A stretch of DNA of 63,897 bases, the filler included, from Reticulomyxa filosa (Eukaryota; Protista; Foraminifera): assembly GCA_000512085.1 (NCBI GenBank). It is 23 parts of 23 records of this genome, joined end to end, with 100 filler letters (N's around TTAATTAATTAA, not from the genome) between each part and the next. Parts side by side here need not be neighbours in the genome. Positions count along the whole stretch, not along the records: positions 53,275 to 55,017 come from ASPP01025064.1; positions 55,118 to 56,617 come from ASPP01045792.1; positions 56,718 to 57,877 come from ASPP01034777.1; positions 57,978 to 59,576 come from ASPP01039309.1; positions 59,677 to 62,689 come from ASPP01036761.1; positions 62,790 to 63,897 come from ASPP01037224.1; 17 more parts are not named here. The stretch is one strand, 5' to 3'. Each line of letters begins with the position of its first letter. Positions within the stretch are counted from its first letter, which is position 1. The position numbers and the translations under genes were made by a program. Under the pieces are notes generated by a model. It saw nothing but the letters and a program-made list of their open reading frames with translations, did no database searches and was not told the origin of the DNA. Positions 53,275 through 63,897 of this stretch are shown one piece after another.

Positions 53275-55017
53275 TTTACCACTTAATCATTAATATTAAC
53301 TTTTTTTAAAAAGTTGTATTTTGAAAGAGATTGTGCGGAAGTGTCAAGATACTTCGACATATCTTAAGTTTTGAAGGAGATTTTGAAAGTCAAGCGAAGG
53401 ATTTTCAACGTCTAGTCGTGATATAAATTTTTTATAGTAGTTGGATTTTCTAACATTGTGAGTGGAGTGTCGCTTCTTACCTTTTGTTATTGTTTTGGCA
53501 ACGTTTTTCGTTGCCGGCTCAGCATATAGTGTGTTGTGTGCTTAAGTGCATTTTAAACTTCACGAGTATCTTTTACTAAGTTGCTTTAATAGTACCGAGG
53601 TGCAAACTACTGGTAACTGGGATATTAACCCTTTCATGAAAACAAGCGGCTTGCGGGAGAAGGTTAAACATTGCTTGCCTTAAGAGTGTTTGATGCCTTT
53701 AAAATTAGCAATTTCGAGGCAAATATCCGTTTTTTGTGTTTGGCAGAACCGAGGGTCGGGTAGTTTCTACTGAACGAAACAAACTAGCTGATAACAAGAC
53801 TTGTAAATGCGGTTCGGACGGCTGAGGCAAGATGTTTTTACCATAATCGGCTATACTGTAAGCCATGTTGGGACAAAATATCACGAATAGCCAAAAAAAT
53901 CAAATGATAGATTAACTGGTGCTCAATCTTAGACATTTCAAGTTGTATTGCATAGTTCAAGTATGCAACAAAACGGAGAAAAGAATATTGATGAAGTCAC
54001 ACTTGAAAACGTGTAGAAAAGAAAATATGCAAATTCGACGACAATTCTCGCGTACGAATACGCCAGCTATTGTCGTAACTACAATCAAATCCAAAGAACT
54101 TAAATCAGTAAAATTGATGATTAAGTTCATTAGATTGAAAATAAGAATACGCTGTCCAGAAAAGTATTAGCTAATATATTTTCTGGAAATTTCAGGACAT
54201 TATTTGTCCATTTTGCAATTGAATCAATGAGCAGCTAATTCAACTAGCTCATAACTTCAATAATGCAAAGAATGGAAAATTGAACAAAAAGAAAATCAAG
54301 ATGTAAAAAAATTGTAAGGCAGCCAATATGTGACATTTATCGTAAAACATTCGCTGCTGAACAAAAGAAAAAGCGTGAAGAAGCAGTGACTAATCCTGAA
54401 GTGAATAAATATGTCTTGCTTCGAGGAGTATCAACTCGCGAAAGCGACTGTGAAATCGAGGAGATATTGGAAGACTATGGATATCAAATGCAATGAAGGT
54501 GCATTCCTAAAGGAGAGAGCATATCAAACAATTACAATTAAATCAAATGCACAGCGGCAACCAAAGAATTATTCTTATACTGATGCTGCCAAGGACAAAG
54601 ATCAAATGGAAATGAAAGCAAGAATGGACCTCAAAAACCAAAGAAGAGGGTCAATAGAAAGAATAACAATGGTCAAATGCTACAGAACAAGAAATCTGAT
54701 GCTGATGGCAGATTAAATCAGCATTTCAGCAATCATAATCTTATTGCAATCAATTAACCTGACGTTGATGGAAATCGATCAAAAAATGAAATCAACATTT
54801 GCGAATATGCAAGCAGATCTATGATCAGTAGTTTATTCTCAGAATAATTAACGGATTTATTGCAAGAAGGATTCAGATCAAAGAAGAAGGATTGCCATTT
54901 GACTGTACATTCATGAAAGATAATGTGACATCAAGCATTGATATCACAAAAAAAAAATAATTTACACCCTTCGTCATTAATATTAACTTTTCTTAAAAAG
55001 TTTTATTTTGAAAGAGA
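53275..55017 (+). mobile_element. Degenerate non-LTR-retrotransposon-like element (gag/ORF1 remnant) bounded by 44-bp direct repeats
   Basis: 53287-53330 and 54974-55017 match at 42/44; an A-run precedes the second copy. Remnant YVLLRGVSTRESDCEIEEILEDYGY (54338-54496) and SYTDAAK resemble Jockey/I-type ORF1 motifs. Confidence 0.5.
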
Positions 55018-55249
55018 NNNNNNNNNNNNNNNNNNNNNNNNNNNNNNNNNNNNNNNNNNNNTTAATTAATTAANNNNNNNNNNNNNNNNNNNNNNNNNNN
55101 NNNNNNNNNNNNNNNNNAATCCAAAGAAATTTCTCAAAGCAATGAACATAGAACTGTTTTGTTTTGACGCAAATTACAAATTGTTTTGGATTGGATTGTT
55201 AAATCTTGACTTATGTGCGTGTGTGTGTTGTGTGGGGAAAAAACTACAG

Positions 55250-56125
55250 GAAGAAGAAAGAAAACAGTCAACGGAAGAGCTAAATGATCTGGAAAAGACG
55301 ATAGAGAGTTGGTTTGCAAATTTGTCTGCGATCCTTTCCAACCGTGAAACGGATAAAGATACGGACAGCACAAAGACATTGGACAACGTTCAAATAGAAG
55401 TGTAACAATTGAGAGAATCAGTTCAAGAACAAAATCAACAATTGCAATTGGTACTGCAACAAGAACACAAAGAAATCACAATACAAAATCTCGAATCTTT
55501 TGATTCTCGTCTCCAAACTGTTTTGAACAAGCTGTTGGATGCTTGTACCTTCTTGAAGATAGCACAAAGGGCTCTTCCACTGAATTTGAATCAAATGTCG
55601 TGGTGAAACAGTTTGTTTTTATTTAAAAAAAAAAAATTGAATAACACATTATACGTATACTATATACAATACATAATATGTGTACATAAACATATATACA
55701 TATATCAATATTATGACAACAAACTCTCTTAGCCAAAGCAACAACTTGCAATTGATATTTCCCAGCTGGAAACAAACATTGAACTTTGCTTTCAAAGATT
55801 TGCATCATTTCTGTGATGTCCTTGGAATATAGATGTAAAGACTGGAAGGAAAAATGTCATATAATCTAAAGTATTGTAAGCAAGAAGCACTGATGGGAAG
55901 CTGCAGTAGACGAAGAAAGACTCACACAAAATGTTTTTCAAGCGAAGACACAACAAATCAGCACAACTCTGCCTGAATTACTGCAACATCACATAGACCC
56001 GGTCACAGACACAGTCAACAAGCAATTCCAATCTTTCAAATGCTTTCGCAATACTACTGTCATTCTTCTGATCATTGCGTTTTCCGCTGCATGTTTATTC
56101 TCTTATGTCTATCTTATTTTATGTA
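55250..56125 (+). pseudogene. Coiled-coil protein with a C-terminal hydrophobic anchor, degenerate
   Basis: Q/E-rich helical frame interrupted by an in-frame TAA at 55403-55405; terminal hydrophobic segment VILLIIAFSAACLFSYVYLIL. Confidence 0.35.
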
Positions 56126-56337
56126 ATTTCAAAAAAAAAATCAAATTTTATTAACACGATTATTGTCGTTGTGGAATAAATAAATATTATTAACAAAGAT
56201 TTATTTGTTGGATGCAAAAGTATTATACGTATTACTTAATGTTATGCTATACAACAAGATCCAAAAGTCAGAACAAAGTATAATGTATTTTTATCTTTTT
56301 TTTACCAACATTATAAATATATAATGTAAAAAAAATT

Positions 56338-56617
56338 AATAAGTAAAGTTATACTTATTTTTATGTAATATATAATAAATAAAAAACAAAATAATGAAAT
56401 TTATCATTATTTTACATAATATAATAAATAAGTAAAGTTATACTTATTTTTATAATAATATATAATGTAAAAAAGTAATAAAGAAAGTTATCTTTATTAT
56501 TATAAAAAACAAACATCATATATATAATAAGTAAAATTATACTTATTATTAACTAATATAATAAAAAATAAGTAAAGTTATACTTATTTTTATATAATAT
56601 ATATAATATAATAATGA
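56338..56617. repeat. Array of at least 6 short hairpins (8-11 bp stems, AA[G/A/T]TTA loop)
   Basis: Loops start at 56346, 56398, 56435, 56485, 56534 and 56575; a seventh left arm is cut by the contig end. Confidence 0.85.
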
Positions 56618-56791
56618 NNNNNNNNNNNNNNNNNNNNNNNNNNNNNNNNNNNNNNNNNNNNTTAATTAATTAANNNNNNNNNNNNNNNNNNNNNNNNNNN
56701 NNNNNNNNNNNNNNNNNTTTTTTTTTTTTTTTAAATGATAGAGACGATTAAAAACTATATTGTCTATGTTTGACACAACAATACAAAGCAG

Positions 56792-57877
56792 GAGAGGTTT
56801 GTATATAAGGAAAGTGGAGATCTCTCGGGAGGAATGCAACATAACACAGAACCAAATAAGAATGTCAAAGAAATAAAAGTGTTAATGACATTATTCGGTG
56901 ATGCGATTGAGGAAAGTGAATTGAAAAAGCATCTAGAAGAGAATAATGGAAATGTGGCCTTGGTGATTGAAAAGCTGACATCGAAATTGATCAACTTAGA
57001 TGTATTTTTTTTTAACAAACAAGCAATATATAACTAAAAAAAATTTGTACACGTTTTGTTTTTTTTGTCAATTACACGTTAAAAAAATATATATAGAACA
57101 AAGAGAGTGAAGAAAAGGAAAAAAGTAAAGAAGTTGAAAAGGAATCAGAAAAAGTGAAAAAAGAAGAAGAAAATGAAAAAGTGGGACAAATAAAATCAGG
57201 CATTAATTTGCAAGGATATTGCAATAATGAAAAGTGCTTAGCTTCAAAAGGAAAACTACTCGTTTGGATTAACCTTGAATTTACTGAAATCTCCCTCACT
57301 CCAGACAAGATCAAGTTTGAGTGTCCTAACTGCATGGAAAAAACAGTAACGACGATCATCAAAGCCATGTTTTACAATTCAGATCATTCCATTCATGCCA
57401 TTGGAGATTTAAAGAAATTGGAATCGAACAACTATCAATGCACATACACAATCACATCTGGACTTTGCTATGAATTGAAAGCTAAAAAGATTAGACAGCT
57501 TGCAACAAGTATTGAAGATTTGAGAGTGAGAAGCGAGAATGCTATGAATAGCAATGAAATAGCAAGTTTGATCGCAGAATTACGAAAATACGACATTACA
57601 GTTGTAAAACCACCAAGTCTAAAAGGGAATGATAGATTATTGGAAAAGATTCAAGCCGACTATAAAGGCGATTTCAATCAGGTGTTTGATATTGGAAGAT
57701 TTACAATATTATGCGATAATCCAAACAAATTACAAACAGCAGTAATGGTAATTAAGAAAGCAGATCAATTCAAATTGATTGTATCTGAAGATAAAGATAA
57801 TTTTAATAAGCTATCCAAGACACACCATCGAGCTCACAATATTAAATTATATGTTCCAGAACACAAAGTATATGTAG
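56792..57877 (+). CDS. Ubl-junction / CUE-like / C4 Zn-domain / RelA-SpoT-type nucleotidyltransferase protein, copy 3 (exons 56792-57001, 57097-57877; both ends truncated)
   Basis: DLSGG-MQ; KEIKVLMTLFGD..ESELKKHLEENNGNVALVIEKL; SGINLQGYCNNEKC..FECPNC; KPPSLKGNDRLLEKIQADYKGDFNQVFDIGRFTILC; HRAHNIKL. More divergent paralogue with an in-frame splice. Confidence 0.85.
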
Positions 57878-60800
57878 NNNNNNNNNNNNNNNNNNNNNNN
57901 NNNNNNNNNNNNNNNNNNNNNTTAATTAATTAANNNNNNNNNNNNNNNNNNNNNNNNNNNNNNNNNNNNNNNNNNNNAAAAAGGCAAAAATAATGAACAC
58001 TATTGTTATGGTGTCCTTTTTTGTGCAAGTGAAGATCCCAGTGCATTTGAATTACACACAATCGACTTCGGCGCTGTGCTTGCATTGTCGATTGGATGAA
58101 TATCTCACGTATGGAACTTTTAAGGCATGTCTTACGCCGAAATCATGGAAAAATAATAACGATATCATTCATCACGATGTTTACGATGCGGAATTAGTAC
58201 ACAATCCACCTTCTTGATAAAACGCTATGCGCATCAAGGTAAACCCTTTCGAGATTGAAGAGATGCTAGAAAGTTGAAAATAATGTGTACGTCCACTATT
58301 GTTGAGGCAGCACCTTCAAAAGTATTGGCGAAAGTGAACTGAACCCGTGAATATTTTTTTAAAAAAATAGTAACGAAAAAAAATGTGTAACCCATGCCAC
58401 CACAAACACCTGAGCTACAATATACAAAATAATATCAATGACTTAAATCTTCTAATATTTTTTTCGTTGCTTTATCAATATTTTCAATTGTCATTGCAGT
58501 GAGGCCTTTGAAAAATTAAAAAAAAATCAAACATGGAGGAAAATACGTGTTCTCTTACATTGGTTGTGATACAAAAACGCTTGCAATGCAAGTTCTTTTC
58601 TTTTTCTTTCTCGCCATTATCTTTATCATCTTCATGTTATACGTATTCTTTTTTTCATCTACTCCTACATAACACTACCCCAAGTCTTTTTTCCCAATAG
58701 TAACAAGAATCAATTCCCATTTCGCACAGTCTAACACGCTTTCCTTTAGATTTAAAATATTAAAGTTCAAAAATTTTTTACGATGAGTATAATTTGGTTA
58801 TAAAGAAGTCAAGTGAGCTGGAGGTGAGACATTACAATTATCATTAAAAGAAAAATTCAAAAAAAGTACAAAAAGATACATTTTTCAATTAAAAAATGGA
58901 GGCAAGCGTTAAATACTTGCAATCAATATGCCATAAATTTGGCATTGTTTGTACTTCGCTTCATCTTTGCTTGACACCGCAACCACAACAACTACTTTTC
59001 AAGTTCTTGATAGACAGGTATTATATTCTTTGCAGACCTATGTTATATACGTGTGTATTGTCATACATATTTCAGTCACATTACAAAAAGTTATTATAAC
59101 TTGGAATACAGGTTGCACATATAATCACGATAATAACCAGCTCACCACTTTCAATTCATCATGAACCACAGTACACGGTATGGACCTCCTATTTTATTTT
59201 CCAAACTATACGTCATTAAAAACGCAATAACATGATCCATATTTAATGCACGCCATCATTAATAGATATTTGTCCAATGATGAACAAATAAATTTATTGG
59301 AAAAATGATAGATACGTGCATTGTAGTGTGATTTCCATGATTTGCCATATTGTGTGTTCCATCAGCAATAATTCGACCATGATGCTGCCACTTTTGCTTT
59401 CATTTACTGCAGCCATCGATATTGCTGAGGTTGCTGTTACAATTATCATTATCGCTGGGAACTCGCTGCAGCACCAATGACAATATAAACAACAAAAACG
59501 TGTCCATCCTCATTCCAAAACTTCGTTAATACACCTTGGAATATCTGTTAAAATATTTCAAGCAATACATATCACANNNNNNNNNNNNNNNNNNNNNNNN
59601 NNNNNNNNNNNNNNNNNNNNTTAATTAATTAANNNNNNNNNNNNNNNNNNNNNNNNNNNNNNNNNNNNNNNNNNNNATTAGAATAGATCTACTATTTCGA
59701 TTGGGTAACTTGGATTCTTTCTTCAATCGAGTGTACTCACACAGAAGAAAAAGAAAAGCGAATATCTACACAAGAGCAACTACAAATTGATGTTATGTCT
59801 TGATGAATCAAAAATGCGATATTGTAAACCCCAAAAAAGATATTATTTTCTCATAAATTGGTAGAATCATTGGTGTAGTGTTTGGATTGTTTTACTTGGT
59901 TCGACGACTGAACTCTAATTTTTTCCCCACAAAACAAGAAATTTTATTACTATCTTCAATGGGGAACTTGTAATCATCGAACCCTCGTTTGGCATCTATT
60001 CCTTCTAACGTTCGTCAGCATTTCATTGGTGATGTACTCGCCATTGTATTCCACGACAACTCTTGAGATAGGATGTCTCCAAGAATGCCATCGTGATTGG
60101 TAATGATGCATATACTCACTCGTGCACTTCCATTTCGTCTTTTAACTCCAAAGTGATCGCGATTGTGACAACATCCGAGCTGTCTGTTTTTCGTCCAATG
60201 ATTATATTGCCTTTAAACACTATTGTGACCAGACGGTACAGTGCACGTATAGGGGGAGAGGATTATATATTGTCTGTTGACAGCATGTTTCAACGTGACC
60301 GTTCGGAACGGTGTCTTTTTCATCGCCGAGCATAGCTTCGATTGTCTCCTTTAATTTCTTTTCGGAGAGTGTCTTGTTCCGGACATGTTCTTTGTTCTTA
60401 TTGTTATTCATATGTTTGTTCCTGCTCCAATTTCTGTTTCTTCTCATCCTCAAATTTTTATTTCCGGCCTGTTCTGGGTCTAAGTTCAAGCTCAGGCCCC
60501 CTCCCCTGGAGCCAGTCGCTTCGACACCAGCGGATATTCTTATTATACTGATTTCATTTTCAGCTTCTTTTACTTGTGTTGTTTTCATTGTTATTATTAT
60601 TATTATTGCTGTTATTTGTTGGGAGATGGTTCACATTATCTGCCAAAAACTCCATCGATTTGCGCTTTCGGGTTGTTTTTCGCTAATGCAGATTGTATTA
60701 TCATCTTTTTTCCCCATTTCTGTGACGGCAGCAACGGCGACACTAATCGCTGGTACTATTGTGGCTGCATCTTTGTTGTTCGGCACGCTTGGCTCTTTAC

Positions 60801-61160
60801 TGCTGTTATTATTGCTATGTTACTATTGTTGCTATTGTTAGTGCTAGTGTCACTCTTGTCTGACATGCGCGCATCTTGCCCATCACGTCTTGTACTGCTT
60901 CCTTTGAATCCAACTCCAGCAAAAGAGCAAGAATAAACATTCATCGCTCGAATTACTCGCTTTCGTTGCTGTCCGATTGTACACATTTTTCAACAAACGA
61001 GATAAGGAAATATTACACCGCTTGCAAGAAAGCTACTGGTGTGGAGGCAAATGAATTTTCGGGATTGTGAAGTAGACATTGTTTATAATAGATGATGGAG
61101 TTTTTTTTAATGTGATAATCGCGTCCCCTTTCTTTGTCTTACTTCAAATCAATTTTTTTT

Positions 61161-61560
61161 GAATATATAGATAATGAAACGTGGGGGAATCTTCCAAATG
61201 TAAAAGAAAAGGATTTCACGAATTTCAAGCAATTATTTGAACAAGAACTGAATTATGAATTTGATGTTATCTATCACAAAAATGACAAAACAAGATATTC
61301 AATCATTTTTAGTCAAATCAATTGCCGGAGCTTTATAAAAATACACGCAAATATGGTTGTTTGATTGTAATTACTTGTGGACGTGGAGAAAATGTAGATA
61401 TATGAAAATGGTTGTCACTTCAAAATATAAGAATAGTTATCCATTCAAGCAAATGCCACATGATATGGACAGAAATTCGCAAACATAAAAGTAGTGAATG
61501 TTATTTTGTGCAAAGTGAAGACACTATTGATTAGATATCATTTTTTAACAAAGAAAGCGT
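61161..61560 (+). pseudogene. Decayed caspase-like (peptidase C14) gene
   Basis: EYIDNETWGNLPNVKEKDFTNFKQLFEQELNYE..KMTKQDIQSFL..YGCLIVITCGRGEN resembles the caspase-fold pattern L.G...D...L...F..L.Y, T...I..., then hhhSHG. His is replaced by Arg (CGT at 61382); frameshifts and stops are present. Confidence 0.55.
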
Positions 61561-62789
61561 GTCTAGAATCAATTTGAAAATGAAAATATAAAAAATTTAA
61601 CTCCTAGAAATAATCTTTTTAACGAAAAGCCTATATTTTAAAAATTTTTAAATAAATAAAATGGAATTACTGGGTCCAAGTTGTTTTTATTGATGCATTC
61701 AAACGTCTTTTTTATGTTGAAAAAAAAAATTCTGTTTAAGTGAAAAAGAAAATTGGAAAATATAACTAAAAAAAACCATTGGATATATTATAAAAAAATT
61801 AGCTCCTTCAGACTGTGGAGAAGAAAGCATTAAAAATCAAAAGTAAAATACAATTACTTTATTTTTTTAAATAATCGGGGTCCCTTACGCGATCATCAAG
61901 AAGTTTATTGTTTATTATTTTTTTGAAAAAAACAAACAATAGACACAAAAAGTGTTGATATTGAACGACAAGATTGTTTCCCCAAATGCTTCAAGCTCAA
62001 TCTTCCACTATCTTTCTTCAAAGCGAAAAACGGTTTACAAGACCAAATCATCTTCAGGAGTATGCCGCATGTCACATTTGGAAATAGTGATACAATAGAG
62101 ACTCATATAGAAACAGCATGTACAAATATTTCCTTGAAGAAAAGGGAAAAAAATAACAACGTAAAGAAAACATAAAAAAATTTGTTGATAGTTTTCAAAT
62201 CTAAAAAGCCCTAATATTCGATGATCTTTGCCCTACTTTTTTAACAATATTCATATGTCTTCCCATCCCAAAACCGTGAGAAACAGCAGAAACAAATAAC
62301 TATAATATTTTGGCTAAATGTTTTTTTTCACAAAACCTAGACAAAAAATAATTTTTTTGGTTTTTTGTTCCACGTTGTCATAGTTTTCGTTGGCTGATCG
62401 AAATTGTTTATAATTTAAACCATTTCATTTTTTCTTCTTTTTAAGGAAGCAAAATTGCATAAGTTGTGGTTGTTAAAAAAAATTTTATCTGAATATCTAT
62501 TTTCCATGTTAATGAGCATGGAAAAACTCTAAAATGTTCCTTTAGCATTATTTCTTTGCAAAGCAGTTTGCTGATTGATAGTATGCATATGTTTCGTAAA
62601 AAAAAAAATTATTAGTCTATGACAAATGCAACAATGTTCAAAAAGCAGACACTAAATATTAAAAAAATAAAAAAATGCGAAAAAGAATGNNNNNNNNNNN
62701 NNNNNNNNNNNNNNNNNNNNNNNNNNNNNNNNNTTAATTAATTAANNNNNNNNNNNNNNNNNNNNNNNNNNNNNNNNNNNNNNNNNNNN

Positions 62790-63897
62790 AGAAAGCGCTA
62801 TTTAACTGTTAGTTTTTTAAAGTCAAAATCATCATTCATCTCTCTCAATTCAAGTTGAATTTGTTCAATTTTCGCTTCTCCTTCTTCTTTCTTAATTCAT
62901 TGCTTTTCTGTTATTGTCGTCGGCTCTTTCATCCATACTCCCACTTTCGTCCTCATATGAGATAATGCATTATCTTCATTCTCTCTCGCGCCGAGGATGT
63001 GCACACACATATTATCTCCACTTGGCACTGCGACAGCATCTTTGAAAAGATAAGGCAGCGTCTGTTCAAATCGCATCCATTTGCTGTCTTCCATCGAGTA
63101 TTTGTATATGCCATTGGAAGTATCAGATTCAAGACTGCCAAATCCACCAAAAAATAGGATGCAATCATTGACAGCCACATATGTACACAAAGAGAGTGAC
63201 TTAATTGGACTGTAAACACGTATTTTGTGAAATTTGAAGATATTCTTATCTTCGATATACTCAATTGACAATCCTGTACTTTTATGAAATAACAGCATTT
63301 GTTGTGTCTTTTGATTGCTGTCTTTCATTAGTAATACACCATCTTTTGTCTTTGCCGCGAAACAATGATATCCAATAGTGTCATGTATTGGCAATGTCGC
63401 ATATTTAATATATTCAAATGTATTCAAATCAAACACATCCATGTTATTTGAAAAAAGGTAATAAACAACAAATGATTATCACTGCCACCAATTACTGCCC
63501 TTGCTCCACTATAATCTACTTCATTTCTTCCAATGTAAACGTATTCATTGAAATTATTCTTAAGAGGCTTCCACTCATTGGAATACGTTTTATCAATATT
63601 ATCCCAAACGCTGCGGTATTGCATTATCAACGTACGCTTGTCGGAAAATTTCTTTCCACCAAAGCATAACAAAGTAATGTCGTCCGCATTGTTGGGATTT
63701 ATACGCTTTACCACACAATATCCTTCCAAAATAACTTCGTATGGATAACGACAGATCAATCTGTACTCATTTTTTAGTGTATGATAGGAATAACAATAGT
63801 GTTTGAGATAAGTCCCACAAATGAAAAGCTCGTGCTTGTGAACCACGCATTGAGGATCTCGAAATGAAATTGGCAAAGAGGATAAGACTTCAAAGTT
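62790..63897 (-). pseudogene. Kelch-like family gene with a frameshift and a premature stop
   Basis: ORFs 63424-63876 and 62897-63442 are consecutive halves split at a T-homopolymer (~63450). TGA at 62897-62899 interrupts a frame that continues IKKEEGEAKIEQIQLEL. Confidence 0.75.

Noticed and set aside
55403-55405. Alternative genetic code suggested by in-frame TAA/TGA (also 62897, 35671)
   Set aside because: Intact genes end at TAA, TAG and TGA and long ORFs lack internal stops; these stops co-occur with frameshifts, which indicates pseudogenes.
56338-56617. CRISPR interpretation of the palindromic array
   Set aside because: Repeats vary, the intervening sequence is low-complexity AT and mutually similar, spacing is irregular, no cas genes are present, and the context is eukaryotic.
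57978-61070. Short ORFs and Asn-rich fragments on two contigs
   Set aside because: Low-complexity or broken frames with no identifiable family.

Overview
This window is not one locus. It is 23 short, AT-rich, intron-containing eukaryotic contigs joined by an artificial 100-bp linker (N44-TTAATTAATTAA-N44), so gene order across linkers carries no meaning. The gene families (expanded WD40, TRAF-WD40 and Kelch-like proteins, poly-A/T introns, many pseudogenes) suggest a rhizarian protist such as the foraminiferan Reticulomyxa; this is inferred, not searched. Recognisable genes or fragments: COG2 C-terminus, an SLC12 cation-chloride cotransporter, MORN3-like, VPS13, TEX47-like, a tandem-PH protein, a TPR protein, a PMP-repeat multi-pass membrane protein and a USP-fold protein lacking its catalytic His. 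Main discovery candidate: three paralogues on three separate contigs (about 19.0-20.6 kb, 20.7-21.8 kb, 56.8-57.9 kb). Their composite architecture is a ubiquitin-like 'GG|MQ' junction, a CUE/UBA-like helical domain, a C4 zinc-binding domain and a RelA/SpoT-type (alarmone synthetase/toxSAS-like) nucleotidyltransferase; copy 2 is 5'-truncated and shows only the last two. This points to an expanded eukaryotic nucleotide-signalling or toxin-effector family. Other notable signals: an array of at least 6 hairpins with co-varying stems (56338-56617), a structured ~138-nt snRNA-like element (46200-46337, minus strand), a direct-repeat-bounded gag-like retroelement remnant (53275-55017) and a decayed caspase-like gene.
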